Source of the DNA: the human T2T-CHM13v2.0 reference genome, Homo sapiens
Assembly (NCBI RefSeq): GCF_009914755.1
Contig: NC_060944.1
Length of the DNA: 64,000 nt
Reading direction: 5' to 3' (one strand)
The notes below the pieces were generated by a model. The model did no database searches and was not told where the DNA came from. It saw only the letters and a program-made list of their open reading frames with translations. The translations under genes and the position numbers were made by a program. Below are positions 11,035 to 25,935 of this stretch, one piece after another. Numbering within the stretch: the first letter of the stretch is position 1; each line of letters opens with the position of its first letter.

Positions 11035-11360
11035 AGCTGGGCACAGTGGCTCGTGCTTGTAATCCCAACACTTTGGGAGGCTGAGGCAGGTGAATCACTT
11101 GAGCTCAGGAGTTTGAGACCAGCCTGGGTGACATGGTGAAACCTTGTCTCTACAAAAAATAAAAATAAAAAAATTAGCTGGGCGTGGTGGTGCGCATCTG
11201 TGGTCCTAGCTACTTGGGAGGCTGAAGTGGGAGGATTGCTTGAGTCCGGGAAGTTGAGGCTGCAAGTGAGTCATGATCATGGCACTGCACTCTGGGTGCA
11301 GTGCCTGGTGACAATGCCTGGGTGACAGAGGGAGACCCTATCTCAAAAAAAAAAAAAAAG
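11035..11360 (+). mobile_element. AluJ-like
   Basis: Dimeric Alu with A tail. Confidence 0.9.
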
Positions 11361-12109
11361 AATATATATATGTTTTCTAAAAAGACACTACAGACAGTCT
11401 GGAGAGATGGGCAATTATGCAATGCCAATGCATGTGCATTTTCTGTCTGTTAACCCCCATGAGACCGTGAGCTCTTGGAGGGCAGGGTTCATTTTGGGTC
11501 TGGTAGGAAGGAAGAGGCAGTAACTGTTGAATGAATAAGTGAATGATTGAAAGGCTAGACCGAGCTCCTCCCTTTGTCATGTATCCTCCAAGTCTCTGAT
11601 TCAGCTGGTAACCAGGTCTATGGAATTCAGTTGGGACTGGATGGCAAATTTGGGGCTAAATGATAAAGAATCAGGAAATGGTTATGTTATGAATAGAACA
11701 ATGTTTTGTGAAATCACAATACTTACTTTCCTATACATCAGTCTGCTTGACAATTACTTTAAAAAAAATCAACATTATCTCCTTACCAATACTTATATAT
11801 TCAGGAAATTCTACCTGTAATGGAACAATAGTTAAATGTTAAAGCACTAAAGAAGCTATGTGATATCAAAAGATTTTAAAAGGGATAAAAAACATTATTA
11901 CCAAGGTGACCAGAGAATGGAGTAAGCTCCAGGATGGCGCAGACTGCAGCCAGAATGCAAGGGTTCATTTCCATTCTACATTTACTGGCTGTATGTCATT
12001 GAGCAAGTTAATAAACCTCTCTGTCCCTCAGTTTCTCCATCTGTGAAATGGGGACACATTTGACTCTACCTCATGTGATCATTTGTGGGAATTCAATGAG
12101 TTTGTGTTA

Positions 12110-12430
<321 letters not shown>

Positions 12431-12850
12431 CTAGCACGGGTTACATAGTTAGTACCCTTAATTACCTATTGTTACAAATATGTAAAATTATCCTGGGGAC
12501 TGGAGGCACTGTGGGAGCCCTGGCAGGGAGGGCCTCTCCCCACCATGGCTTTTAAGGTGTCAGGACAACTGGGTTTAAATCCCTGACCTACTTTCCTGAC
12601 CTTGGGAAATGTTCCCAACTCTAAGGGCCTTTTGTTCCACACTTCTCAGGGCTTTCTCAGATGGGAAGCAAGTGTGCTATTTTAGCCAGGTCTGTGGTGA
12701 CACCTAATGGTAAAATGGGGAACTGCCTGATCTTACTAAACTTCCATCAACCTATTAATAGTACAAGCAATAACTATATATCACGCTCTTACCATGTGCC
12801 AGAAACTGAAAGCTGTGTGAACTGTCTTAGTTCACAGCTTAGGCTGACTG

Positions 12851-13595
<745 letters not shown>

Positions 13596-14967
13596 TGTTC
13601 AGTAGGTAGTTAGTCAGACATGGTCAGGGCAGGAGAGCTCTTCCCCCTGCCTCCCCACCCACCAGGATTCTCAGGCGACCATCAGGTGATGGTCAGGTGG
13701 TTGTTAAAACTGTCTCTCTAAAATAATAATTGGTTGCAGCTGGCGTCAGAAAAGGTGGTAGACTGAAACACCTGAAACTGGTGATCAGCAGCTTCCTGAT
13801 AAGATCACAGGAGTTGGGTGAGTGGGCTCAAGAATGCGCACTATGAGGCAAAATGGTGGGGTTTAAGTGGTATGTGGCCTTCTAGGAACACTCGAATGGT
13901 AAGGGAAGAATGCCTCAAGTGAGCATGTGTACAACTGCAGTAAACACACTGCGCATGCGGCCCGTCCCAAGTGTGGGCAGGCCCCTGTGCATGCAGACAG
14001 CCCACCCCAAGGGAAGAATCAGGGGAGAAGTAACGCAACTCCAGAAGCATGCCAACGTATAAGACCCCAAGTCAAAGGTCAAACCACACACTTGACTCTC
14101 TCAAGTCGCCAGCTTGGCCCCCTTCCAAGTGTACTTTACTTCCTTTCATTCCTGCTCTAAAGCTTTTTAATAACCTGAAACCACCTTTGCAAAATTATGA
14201 CTGAGACAGTGAAAGAGATCCAATTTAACAGACTCTTGCTTCGAACCTCCAAGCTGTCCTTGTTCATTCCTGGGTGTAGGCCGAACTAACTTTGGGAGAA
14301 ACTTAGTTTATGGTTTATAGTTTAAACAAAGACGGACCAGCCCTTTCCCAAAGCAGACTTCCTTCTTGCCTGGAGACTAGATTGCCTTTGTAGGACTAAT
14401 ATTAGCCACAAGATTAGAAATTATGGTTTAGGAGTCATGCAGCTGGAGGCTCAAGATTCTGAACTCTTGAGATCAATGCTTGAGATATTTTGCAGACCCT
14501 GCACTTGATGGATCAGCTGGCCCCACTCAAATCAATAAACTGGCTCATCTCATCTTGTGGCCCCCACCCAGGAACTGACTGAACCCAAGAAGACAGCTCC
14601 GACTCCCTATGATTTCATCTCTGACCAATCAGCACTCTTGGCTCACTGGCTTCCCCCACCTATCAAGCTATCCTTAAAAACTGCTCCCCAAATGCTCGGG
14701 GAGACTGATTTGAGTAATAATAAAACTCCGGTCTCCCGCACAGCTGGCTCCGTGTGAATTACTTTCTCAATTTCAATTCCTGTGTCTTGATATCGGTTCT
14801 GTATAGGCAGCAGGCAAGGTGAACCCCTTGGGCAGTTACAAAACTTTCACTCCTGCTCTGGAAACTTGCCTTGGTTTCTCACTTATGCCACCTGGATTGA
14901 GTTCTGTCTTCTGAGGAGGCAAGAACTGAAGTTGCTGCAGACCCATATGGATTCACCACCAGTAACA
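13596..14967 (+). mobile_element. MER50-like ERV1 solo LTR, interrupted by LTR8
   Basis: TG...CA ends, TSD AAAT/AAAC; homologous to the copy at 32661-33369. Confidence 0.82.
14176..14840 (+). mobile_element. LTR8 (ERV1) solo LTR nested in MER50
   Basis: Starts TGAAACCACCTTTGCAAAATTATGACTGAGACAG, ends GGGCAGTTACA; 4-bp TSD AACC/AAAC. Confidence 0.85.
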
Positions 14968-16572
14968 AAACCAATCCATTGCTCCTCTCCTTGGCCTGTA
15001 AGACCCTGTGTGATATGACCATGACCCAAGTTGCTCCCTTCTCATTCTCAGAGGTTCAGTCACACTGACCTGCTCTTTTGGTCTCTGCAACAGACATGAT
15101 GGCTTACGTCTGTGCTCACTCAGATTCCTTTATCTTTGATGGGTTAAGGAGAGGACTCAAGGATCAATCTTGGAATTTTGGCTTGAAAAATAGATGGATT
15201 TACTGAAATGAGTAAAACCTAGGGAAGAGCAGATTTAGGCAGACTATCTTGAGTTCAGTTGCCCAGAGGATGGAGAATCCTTTTTGTTCTGTTTGTCTCA
15301 GATTATCCCAGGAGATTGCCCCTGACACAGGAATGGGAGGCGGTAATAGGTGTCAGTGTTGCTCAAAGAGACCCCTGGGCTTCTGCTGCCCTGGCCATTG
15401 TATGGGATAGTGCCAATGACTCTTTCTGAAGAGTCAACAAAAGAATAACAGAAATCAGAGTGCTTTTCAATACTTATTGCTCAAGAGGATACTTTTGATT
15501 ATTTCTTGGAGAAGCCAGATGGGCCCACAGATGCATTAGAATAGGAACTTCTTTCTGGCAAATGAGTCCATTGAGGTGGAAATTTATTTGAAAGACTCAG
15601 GTTAATGTGATTCCCACAAAAGTGTGTAGGAAATGTGGCCCCAAATTCCTACCTAAAATATTAAGTGTACCCATTTTATTCCTTTGGTGGAAAACAGATA
15701 ATTTAAGTACAAAGGAAATGTATCAGCAGGACCTTGGGGCTCATGGAATTGAGAGGCAATTGAAGAAGCAAACTTGGAAAGCTCAGGAACCCAGCAGGCT
15801 CTCTTCCTGCTGCAGGGCCTTTGCACATGCTGTTCCCTCTGCTGGAGGATCTTGCCTGCCCTTCACCTGGCTGACTCCAGCTCACTTTTAAGGTCTTAGC
15901 TTTAATGTTGCTTCCTTAAAATCCCTACCTGGTTCTCCTGATGAAGCTGGTATCCCTGGCAGATGCTGTCCGGGTACCAGGTCCTTTTCTTTTGTAGCCC
16001 TTAATATCATTGTGACTTAATAATTATTCATTTGATTAACATTAACATCTGTCTTCCCAAGTAGACTGTAAGCTCCATGAGGGCAGGGGCTGTTTGTCTT
16101 GGTTCCTGTTGTACTTCCAGAACCTAGCACAGAGAATGGTAGATGAAATTATGCTGCAGGGACAAACAACTCCAAAACCTCAGTGGCCGATGACGACAGA
16201 TGTTTCTTTCTCGTTCATGCTACATGTGCATTGCAGCTCAGCGGTATCTGCTCCATGCTGTTTTACTCTGGGACCCAGTCTGATGGAGCAGCCTCAGATC
16301 TGGCAAGGGCTGGGTATGACTCACTGGTGTGTGGCAAGCCTCTATCAATGGACAAGGCAGAGGCTGGTGCAGCTTGAAGGTGGTTGAGCAGAATTGTGCT
16401 GAGGTCCTGGCAGGGAAGAGGGAGTTAGTCCTAGAATAGCTGAGCGTAAAAGACACAGACTTTCCCCTGAGGATCTTTGTCATCCACCACACATGCCTCT
16501 TCCAATAAAGCTGAGTTTTAGAGAGGTTAAGTGATTTGCTCAAGGTAATACAGCTGCAAGTAGCATAGACGT

Positions 16573-16952
16573 TAATATGGTTTGGTCTGTGTCCCTACCC
16601 AAATGTCACGTCAAATTGTAATTCTCAGTGTTCGGGGGGTACCTGGTGGGAGGTGATTGGATCATGTGGGCGGATTTCCCCTTTGCTTTTCTTGTGATAG
16701 TGAGTGAGTTCTCACGAGATCTGATGGTTTAAAAGGGTGTGGCACTTTCGCACTCTTTCTCTCTTTCTTGCTACCATGTAAAGAAAGTCCTTGCTTCCTC
16801 TTCACCTTCCGCCATTACTGTAACTTTCCTGAGGCCTCCCAGTCAGGCTTCCTGTTAAGCCTGTGGAACTGTGAGTCAATTAAACCTGTTTGCTTCATAA
16901 ATTACCCAGTCTCAGGTAGTTCTTTATAGCAGTGTGAAAACGGACTAATACA
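16573..16952 (+). mobile_element. MSTA-like MaLR solo LTR
   Basis: TAATATGGTTTGG...GGACTAATACA; 5-bp TSD GACGT/GACAT. Confidence 0.88.
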
Positions 16953-17029
16953 GACATTAAGAACATAGGCTTTGGAATCAGAAAGACCTGGGTTCAAATC
17001 CTGCCTCTTTGTGACAATGAAACATCAGC

Positions 17030-17680
17030 ATAATGATAGTAATACATTATTACACGCTGAATAAAATAAGAATCCATGAGTCTATGCTGTTAATAAAGAA
17101 ATAAATGGGAGCAAAGGAGAGCTCTTCCTTACAAGTTGAATGCCAAACAGCTTATTAATTACAAAGGAAAAAAAATGACAATATAGTGGAGAAACCTGAC
17201 AGGCTGCACCTTAACTGAGTGATCAAAGTTAACATCACCAGTAACAGGACAACCACACTTCTCTGGTATTCCTGCCAAAAGTACATAATCTAGTCATGAG
17301 AAAACAATTAGACAAACTGAAGTTTGGGGACAGTCTACAAAATAACTGGCCTGTCTCTTTAAAAAATGCCTTTATCTAAGATAGAAAAAGAAAGGAGCTG
17401 TTCCAGTTTAAAGGAGACAGAAGATATATAATAACTAAATGAAACATGTAATTCTGAACTGAATACTGCACTGGAAAAGATTCGCTACAAAGGACATTAT
17501 TGGGAAAGCTGGCAAAACTTGAACGTGGACGATAAACTAAATAATAGTATATTATTTATTGTTAAATTTCCTGATTTTAATAATTATACTACGGTTACAA
17601 AAGACTAGATCCTTGTTCATCTGAAATCTTTAGAAAAATAGAGGCATGATGTCTGCAACTTACTTTCAAATGATTGAGAT
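17030..17680 (+). mobile_element. Old L1M 3' UTR fragment (continues ~18490-18640)
   Basis: gatcaaagttaacatcaccagtaac, gttaaatttcctgattttaataatt: L1MC/ME-type motifs. Confidence 0.65.
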
Positions 17681-17682
17681 TG

Positions 17683-17719
<37 letters not shown>

Positions 17720-17740
17720 CCTATCTATCTATCTATCTAC
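17683..17740. repeat. (TCTA)n tetranucleotide microsatellite
   Basis: About 14 ATCT units with one interruption. Confidence 0.95.
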
Positions 17741-17749
17741 CAATCAATC

Positions 17750-18478
17750 ATGGATGAAAAGAGTCACACTGTAAAATATTTGAAGAAACTTATTCTGAAC
17801 CAAATATGAGTAATCATGGCCCGTGACACAGCCCTCAGGAGGTGCTGGGAACATGTGACCCAGGTTGTTGGGGTGCAGCTTGGTTTCATACATTTTAGGG
17901 AGGCATGAGACTTCAATCAAATGCATTTAAGAAATACATTTTTTAAAAATTTTACAAAATAACAATAAAAAATTACTGCATAAAGACAACAAAAAGACAA
18001 TGAAAATCACCCAAAATATCATAAACTGGATATATTCATGGTTAAAAAAAAAAGAAATACATTGGTTTGGTCCAGAAAGACGGGACAACTTGAAGCAGAG
18101 ATTGGGGGAGGGGGGTGTTTCAGCTTATAGGTAGATTTAAAATTTGTCTGGTTGGCAATTGGTTGAGTTTATCTAAAGACCTGGGATCAATAGAAATGAA
18201 TGTCTGGGTTAAGATACTATGGAGACCAAAGTTCTTATTTGCAGAGGAAGCCTTCAGGAAGCAGGCTTCAGAGAGAACAGGTTGTAAAATATTTCTTATC
18301 AGACTTAAAGTCTGTGTTGATGTTAATGCCGGGGAGATATAAGGAGGCATGTTCGACTCCCACTTCCCATCACGTCCCAAAACAGTCTCTCAAGTTAAAT
18401 TTGAAGAGCCCTGGCTGAGGGGGAAGTCCATTCAGATGGTTGGGGGCGGGGGACTTAGAATTTTTTTTCTCGTTTACA
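17750..18478 (-). mobile_element. MER4-family ERV1 LTR with an internal insertion
   Basis: tgtaaaatatttgaagaaacttattctgaaccaaatatgagt...cgtttaca, typical of reverse MER4. Confidence 0.75.
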
Positions 18479-18793
18479 CTATATTTATCTGAGAGAGAGA
18501 ATTTTAAAATAGATGTGGCAAAATGTTAGCAGTAAGTGATTCGAGGTAAAGGGTATATGGGAAATCTTTGTGCTATTCTCATAACTGTTTTTGTTAAGTT
18601 GGAAATTATTTCAGAATAAAAGTTAAAAACTTACAAAACAACACATTTAAAAATCATGGTTTCTGTCAGTTTGGGTTCACAAGAAATTAAAATAAAAAGA
18701 AAAAAAGAAAAAAATCATGGCTTCTCTAGTCTATATTTCATCAAAATTCCAATTTTAGCAATGTGAAAAAAACTGTCAGAACTGAATACACGT

Positions 18794-19106
18794 GGCCAGG
18801 CGCAGTGGCTCAGGCCTGTAATCCCAGCACTTTGGGAGGCCTAGGTGGGCGGATCACCCAAGGTTAGGAGTTTGAGACCAGCCTGGCCCACATGGCGAAA
18901 CCCCATCTCTATTAAAAAAAAAAACAATATTAGCCAGGTGTGGTGGTTCACACCTATAGTCCCAGCTACTCAGGAGGCTGAGGTAGGAGAATGGCTTGAA
19001 CCCAGGAGGCAGAGGTTGCAGTGAGCTGAGATTGTGCTACTGCACTCTAGCCTGGATGACAGAGCAAGAATCTGTCTCAAAAAAAAAAAAAAAGAAAAGA
19101 AAAGAA
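18794..19106 (+). mobile_element. AluS
   Basis: Dimeric Alu; TSD approximately AGAACTGA(A/G)TACAC. Confidence 0.92.
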
Positions 19107-19700
19107 CTGAGTACACATGAAAGGGTGTGATCAGAAAGTGAGGCAAATCATTTCATTTCGCCTCCCTATGCCTCAGTTTTCTCATCTGTATAATGGGGCT
19201 GATAATTCTTAGTGTGGCTTTGAGTACAAATCACAAAATGGATGAAAAATCTTTAGCATTAAGCTGACACATAGTAAATGCTTTAAAAATGCTAGCTAAA
19301 AAGCTAGTAGAAAACTTTTGGGGTAATGAATACATTAATTATCATGATTGTGGTGACAATTTCACAGGTATATGTATGCACATGTCAAAACTTACCAAAC
19401 TCTGTTTTTTAAATATGTACAGTTCCTTGTATGTCCATTATACTTCCACAAAGAGATAAAAACAAACTACTATAAGCTCCTTTAAACCAACTTCTATTTA
19501 CCCCATGCTCTCCAGTCCCCTGTAAAACACAGCAACAGGGACCGTGCCCTTCTGAGCATCTGGTGCACTGTGGCATGTGCAGGAGCCCCTGCCCCACCCA
19601 GACAACTCCAAGTTCACCAAGAGTCAGCTGTGCTTGTTCACAAACCTATTTATGGCCGTTGATCGAATCATTGTAACCACCCAATTTAATTTAATACGCA

Positions 19701-20008
19701 GGCCGGGCATGGTGCTTACGGCTGTAATCCCAGCACTTTTGGAGGCTAAGGCAAGTGGATCACCTGAGGTCAGGAGTTTGGGACCAGCCTGGCCAACATG
19801 GTGAAACCCCATCTCTACTAAAAATACAAACGTTAGCCAGGCGTCATGGTGCGTGCCCATAATCCCAGCTACTCGGGAGGCTGAGGCAGGAGAATTGCTT
19901 GAACCTGGGAAGGCCAAGGTTGTAGTGAGCCAAGATTGCACCACTGTACTCCAGCCTGGGCAACAGAGTAAGACTCTGTCTCAAAAAAAAAATAAATAAA
20001 TAAAATAA
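19701..20008 (+). mobile_element. AluS
   Basis: Dimeric Alu. Confidence 0.92.
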
Positions 20009-20257
20009 TATGCAAACTGACAAAATGTAAGAGACCACAAAATTATAGATTATAGATGAATCTCAGAAACATTTATGTTGAGTGAAAGAAGCTAGACAGA
20101 AGAGAGTCCATGCCATCTGATTCCATTCATATGAAGTTTTAGAAAAGGCAAAACTAATCCATGGTGGAACATCAGAATGATGGTTTTGGGGTCAGGGATT
20201 GCTGGGAAGGGGCATGAGGGAACTTTCTGGATTGATGGCCTTGTTTTACATCTTCAT

Positions 20258-20656
20258 TGTTCCTCTCTGAGCAGGAAGGACAAGGGAGCTGAGAGACCCA
20301 AGAAACAGGCAGACAAATCTAGTTTCTCAGAAACATTTAATAGGGACTTACAAGCAAAAGCAGTATCTTGGGCAGTCTCAGGATGGTGGCTCCCTGCACC
20401 TTCCCTCCTGAAAATATCCTTTTTATAGCAAGCTTTCAGAGTAAAGCTTGTGCAGCTGGTCACGTCTCAGACTTCCTTTGGAAACTCGTGACCACTGTGG
20501 AGGTTAGATAAACATCTTTATGAGGGGTGACCTGTGCTATAGGCATTGTGTGTTTAAGAGGGATTGTCTATGCTACAGCAACACGTTGGTATGCAGGAGT
20601 CAAACATCGGTCATCATGGTTTCACTTCAAGATGGCGTCACTCTTGCTATGCAACA
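20258..20656 (-). mobile_element. LTR (LTR47-like, ERVL) inserted in L1M
   Basis: The - strand begins TGTTGCATAGCAAGAGTGACGCCATCTTGAAG; interrupts an L1ME 3' fragment. Confidence 0.55.
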
Positions 20657-20805
20657 GGTATTTTTCTACATTCATACACATTTGGGTTACACAGGTGTGT
20701 GAATTTGCCAAAGCTCAGAATGATCCGCTTAAGATTTGTGCATTCCACCACATGTAACTTTTACATAAGCAAATATTGAACTCTGGTTAATGATACAGAT
20801 GTTAA

Positions 20806-21135
<330 letters not shown>

Positions 21136-21193
21136 TTAGAAAGAAGCGTACTGATATTTGCAACTTACTTTGAAATGCATCAAAAAGTAAGAT

Positions 21194-21487
<294 letters not shown>

Positions 21488-23139
21488 GATGAATGGATGG
21501 ACAGAGAGGTCAACATTTCATAAAGCAAATATAACAAAATGTTACTTGCAGAATCTAGGTGGGATATACGAGGGTATTAACTGTAAAATTATTTAATATT
21601 TTCTGTAAGTGTGAAATGTTTCATTTAAAATGTTGGAGAAAACAACAAGCAAAAGACCCAATATTGGCAAGTTGTTAGAATACTGCTCTCTAGTAAGACA
21701 TGAGCAGGGCAACTGTGAGAGAGAAATTTTCAAGAAGTCTGCATGCAGGTCACTTTACAAGTCTTGAGTTCTTATTCCATTTTAAAGATGCAAAAATTGG
21801 AAATCATAGATGTAGCAATGAACTGGAATTCTGATCAGTGGACTCCTCAAAGAAAAGCCTTAGCCCCGTTTCAAAAGATTGGAGAGTGAATACACATTTA
21901 CATGTTTTAAGTTAAAATGAAACACTGAGGCTTTGTATCTAGCATTTTAAGACTTTTAAAAAAATTCACTGACTGCCAGCCCATATAGCATGTTTGTGTG
22001 AATCAGAAACAGTCACTCCCTCTTCTGGCTGGATACAGTTTCACAGCGAGGGAACAAAGCTAGATTTTTGTCCTTCCTTGGCTGAATGTGCTTGTGCAAT
22101 ATACATCGCACTCAACTGCCCATGGCATGCTAGACACTAATTTCCAGGCCCAAACACAAATAGGTAAGAGGACTGTGGCTGGTTGTATCACCTATCCCCC
22201 AAGTCTGAGGGGCACCTCACACTCAACAGAAAGGTCCCTAACAGAATGTCACCCTCCCTGCCACCACTCCCCACTGCCAGCTTTCCTGGGCCTCGCTCCA
22301 ATTTCATGATCACCTTGACCTCCTCCTTCCCTGTCTGTCCATCTCCTAAGAATGGGGCTGGTGGTGATGAGAGGAGGACGGAGGGGGATCTCAAGGATTA
22401 TCAGGGTGATAATCAGAGAAACTGAATTTTCAGAAAAAGTGATTAATAACCCTCTCCTGCCCTCAACACCCTACCTGTTTTCAAAACGTGGAGATGTGGG
22501 GCATTCTAGGTGGTGCAAGGAAGGAGGTCTGAAAAGAAGGAGAAATGAGAGCAGGAGGTCTGAGGGACTCTTTTTGATCCTTAGTGCCTTCCCACGCACA
22601 CCTAGCAGTGGTTGTCCTGTCCCCACGGCCCCTCCATGGGGACTACAGACTAGCAGGGACATGTATCTTGATGCCAGGCCCAGGAGGCCAGAATGGCTCC
22701 AGGTCCTAGAGGGCTGGGTGGCCTAGCCCTCAGCCAAGGCTCAGAGAGGGAAGCTAGAGCCTCCAATACCCCTGACTCTGAATCAGCCCCCACTGCACTA
22801 AGCCAGCAGAGCTTAGCAGCTTGGATTCAAGGACACCTCTGTGGTCCCTCAGAGTGTTTCAGTCCTGCCTGCAACATTCATGCCCTGTGTGACCTTGGGC
22901 AAGTCACTTTACCTCTTGAGGCATCAGATTCCTCAGCTGTACAGGTCTAATCATAGCACTGTTCTCCTGGGATGGTTGTGATGTTCAATGTGTTTATGCA
23001 GATGCAGTGCTTGGCACAGGACATGGCATACAGAGAACACCCAGGAAGCAGCAGTGGCCCTTGCAATCCCTGGGATCCCATGCAATCCTCTGGGTCCTGT
23101 GAAGGAGATCTCTATTCCTACACACTTGTCAACTGTAAG

Positions 23140-23455
23140 ACAAATGCTGAAAACCTTTTTGTGGTCTCAACGATCAGGTTATAAACTCAGCTGAAGAACT
23201 TGGTGAAAGTATTTTGAACACGATGAAGAGACATTTAAACAACTGAATTAAAAGGTCTTCGTAAGTATTTTCCCAAGCTGGAAAGCAGCTGTGAGTAGAT
23301 AAGAACCCTTCTTCCATCGTTTTGCGGACATCAGTGAATAACTTGACACAGTCTACAGAAGGACAGATTCTGGAGATTGCTTCAGATGGCTTCCAGAAAC
23401 AAAAGGTTGTTGTACAAAAGTCATTACATCATTTTGATAAGGAATGAATTATCAG
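23140..23455 (+). mobile_element. hAT-Charlie/Buster-type transposase fossil (C-terminal part)
   Basis: Broken frames read ..TMKRHLNN*I / GLRKYFPKLESSCE*IR(N)P / NLTQSTEGQILEIASDGFQKQK..SLHHF, matching Charlie motifs YFP..WIR.PF and EQL.EIA.DG..SL..FW. Confidence 0.7.
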
Positions 23456-23489
23456 TGTCCACCTCTATCAGAGAAGGGGGTTAATATCA

Positions 23490-24337
23490 TTCTTCTGGAT
23501 TCCAAGTTTGTATGTTCAACTGTCTACTAGTTACCTTCACTGGGATGTCTAACAGGCATCTCAAATCCAACATGTCCAAAACAGAGATCTTGACCCTTGT
23601 TTCTTGATCCCAAACTGCTCTACCTGTGGTCCTGTCTCATTGATGGCAATGCTATCCTTCCATTTTCTCAGGTGAAACACCTTCAAATCATCCTTCACTC
23701 TTCTTTCTCTACATCTGGTCAATCTCTGTGACTCTACCTTTGAAATATCTCCAGAATCCAACTACATCTCACCATTTCTATGACTAATACCCTGGTCCAA
23801 GGTATGATCATCTTTCACCTGGATTATTGCAAATGCCTCTTTCCTGCCCTTCGTGTTTCTAGCCTTGCTCTGCTGTAGTCAAGACAAGCAGCCAGAGTAA
23901 TTTTGTTAAAAATAAATTAGATTATGTCAATACTAGACAGGTGTGGTGGCACACACCTGTAGTCCCAGCTAGTTGGGAGGCTAAGGTGGGAGGATCACTT
24001 GAGCTGGGATCAACCTACTGCACTCCAGCCTGGGCGATAGAGCGAGACCTTGTCTTGAAGCAAAAACAAAACCAAAAACCAGATTATATCAATACTGTAC
24101 TCAAAATCCTTGATGTCCCTCTATCTCTTCCAGAACTAAATCCTAAATCCTGTAAGACTCTCTGCGAATTGGCTCTGTGCTATCCCTCTGACCTTATCCT
24201 CACACCACTCCAGCCTCATTGTCATTCCTTGAAGATTGCAGACATGCTCCCCACTTACAAACTTGCACTGGCCGTTCCCTCTGCTGGAATGCTCTTCCCA
24301 GATATTTTCATGACTCACTTCTTCACGTCCTGTAAGG

Positions 24338-24340
<3 letters not shown>
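23490..24340 (+). mobile_element. L2 fragments interrupted by a partial Alu (continues to ~25275)
   Basis: gggatgtctaacaggcatctcaaatccaacatgtccaaaac and gttccctctgctggaatgctcttccc are L2 hallmarks. Confidence 0.75.
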
Positions 24341-24637
<297 letters not shown>

Positions 24638-24817
24638 CACGTCCTGTAAGTCTTTACTTAAGTATGTCCTATAAAGAGGCTGACCCTGACCATCCTTTCT
24701 GAAACTGCAACCTACCCCCACCCTCGAATCCCTCTCTCCCTGCTCTATGTTTTTCCCCATAGCACTGATGGCTTGGTAAGATATTACATAATTTTTATTT
24801 AGTATGCTTATTGCTTG

Positions 24818-25124
<307 letters not shown>

Positions 25125-25279
25125 TATGGTTAGTGTTTATTACCTGTCTCCTCCTCTACAATGAAAGCTCCATGTGGGCAGGGATATTTGCCTGTTGCGT
25201 TCACTGATGTAACTCTTTCTTTATAGCATAGTACCTGGTGAAATAGTATAGGTGCTCAGTGAATATTTGTTGAATATTT

Positions 25280-25935
25280 GGGTGTCCTCTAATTCAGTTC
25301 CGACACTGTCTACACAGAGACAGTGTCAGTTCACACAAGTTAAGGGCTCCGTCCCCAAGACTGCCACCCGTGCCCATCCACCCGTGCCTACCAGTCCGGG
25401 CCTCCAGAACTTCTGACTGATCAGCTTCAAGTTGAGCTTCCCACGACCCTCTCTTTGGATTCGATTAGTTTGCTGGAGCAGCTCACAGGACTCAGGGAAA
25501 CACTTATGTTTACTGATTTATTATAAAGGATATTGCATAGGATACAGATGAAGAGAGTGAAGGGTGAGATTTGGGGGAAGAGGTGAGGCACTTCCATACC
25601 TTCCCCAGGGCGCCACCCTCCAGGAACCTCCCAGTGTTCAGCTATTTAGAAGCTCACCGACCCTGTCCTCTTGGGTTTTTCTGGAAGCTTCATGACATGA
25701 GCATTCCTTCCCCTAAGTAGGACCCTCTCGTGTAAGGGTCTTAAGACCCCAAATCAGAAAAGTAGGTGAACATTAGAATCCTGCCTTGGGGCAGGAGCAA
25801 GGAGGGCAGGAGAAGGCCAGAAAGAGGCCCACCTGAGGCCTGACACAAACATGATCGCAAAAGATTGGAACAAGGGCTGTGGGAGTTAGGAGCCAAGAAC
25901 AGTGGGCGAAAACCGAAGTATATACAACACCACAC
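25280..25935 (-). mobile_element. MER21-family LTR
   Basis: gtttgctggagcagctcacaggactcagggaaacacttatgtttactg...ataaaggatatt, typical of reverse MER21. Confidence 0.7.
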
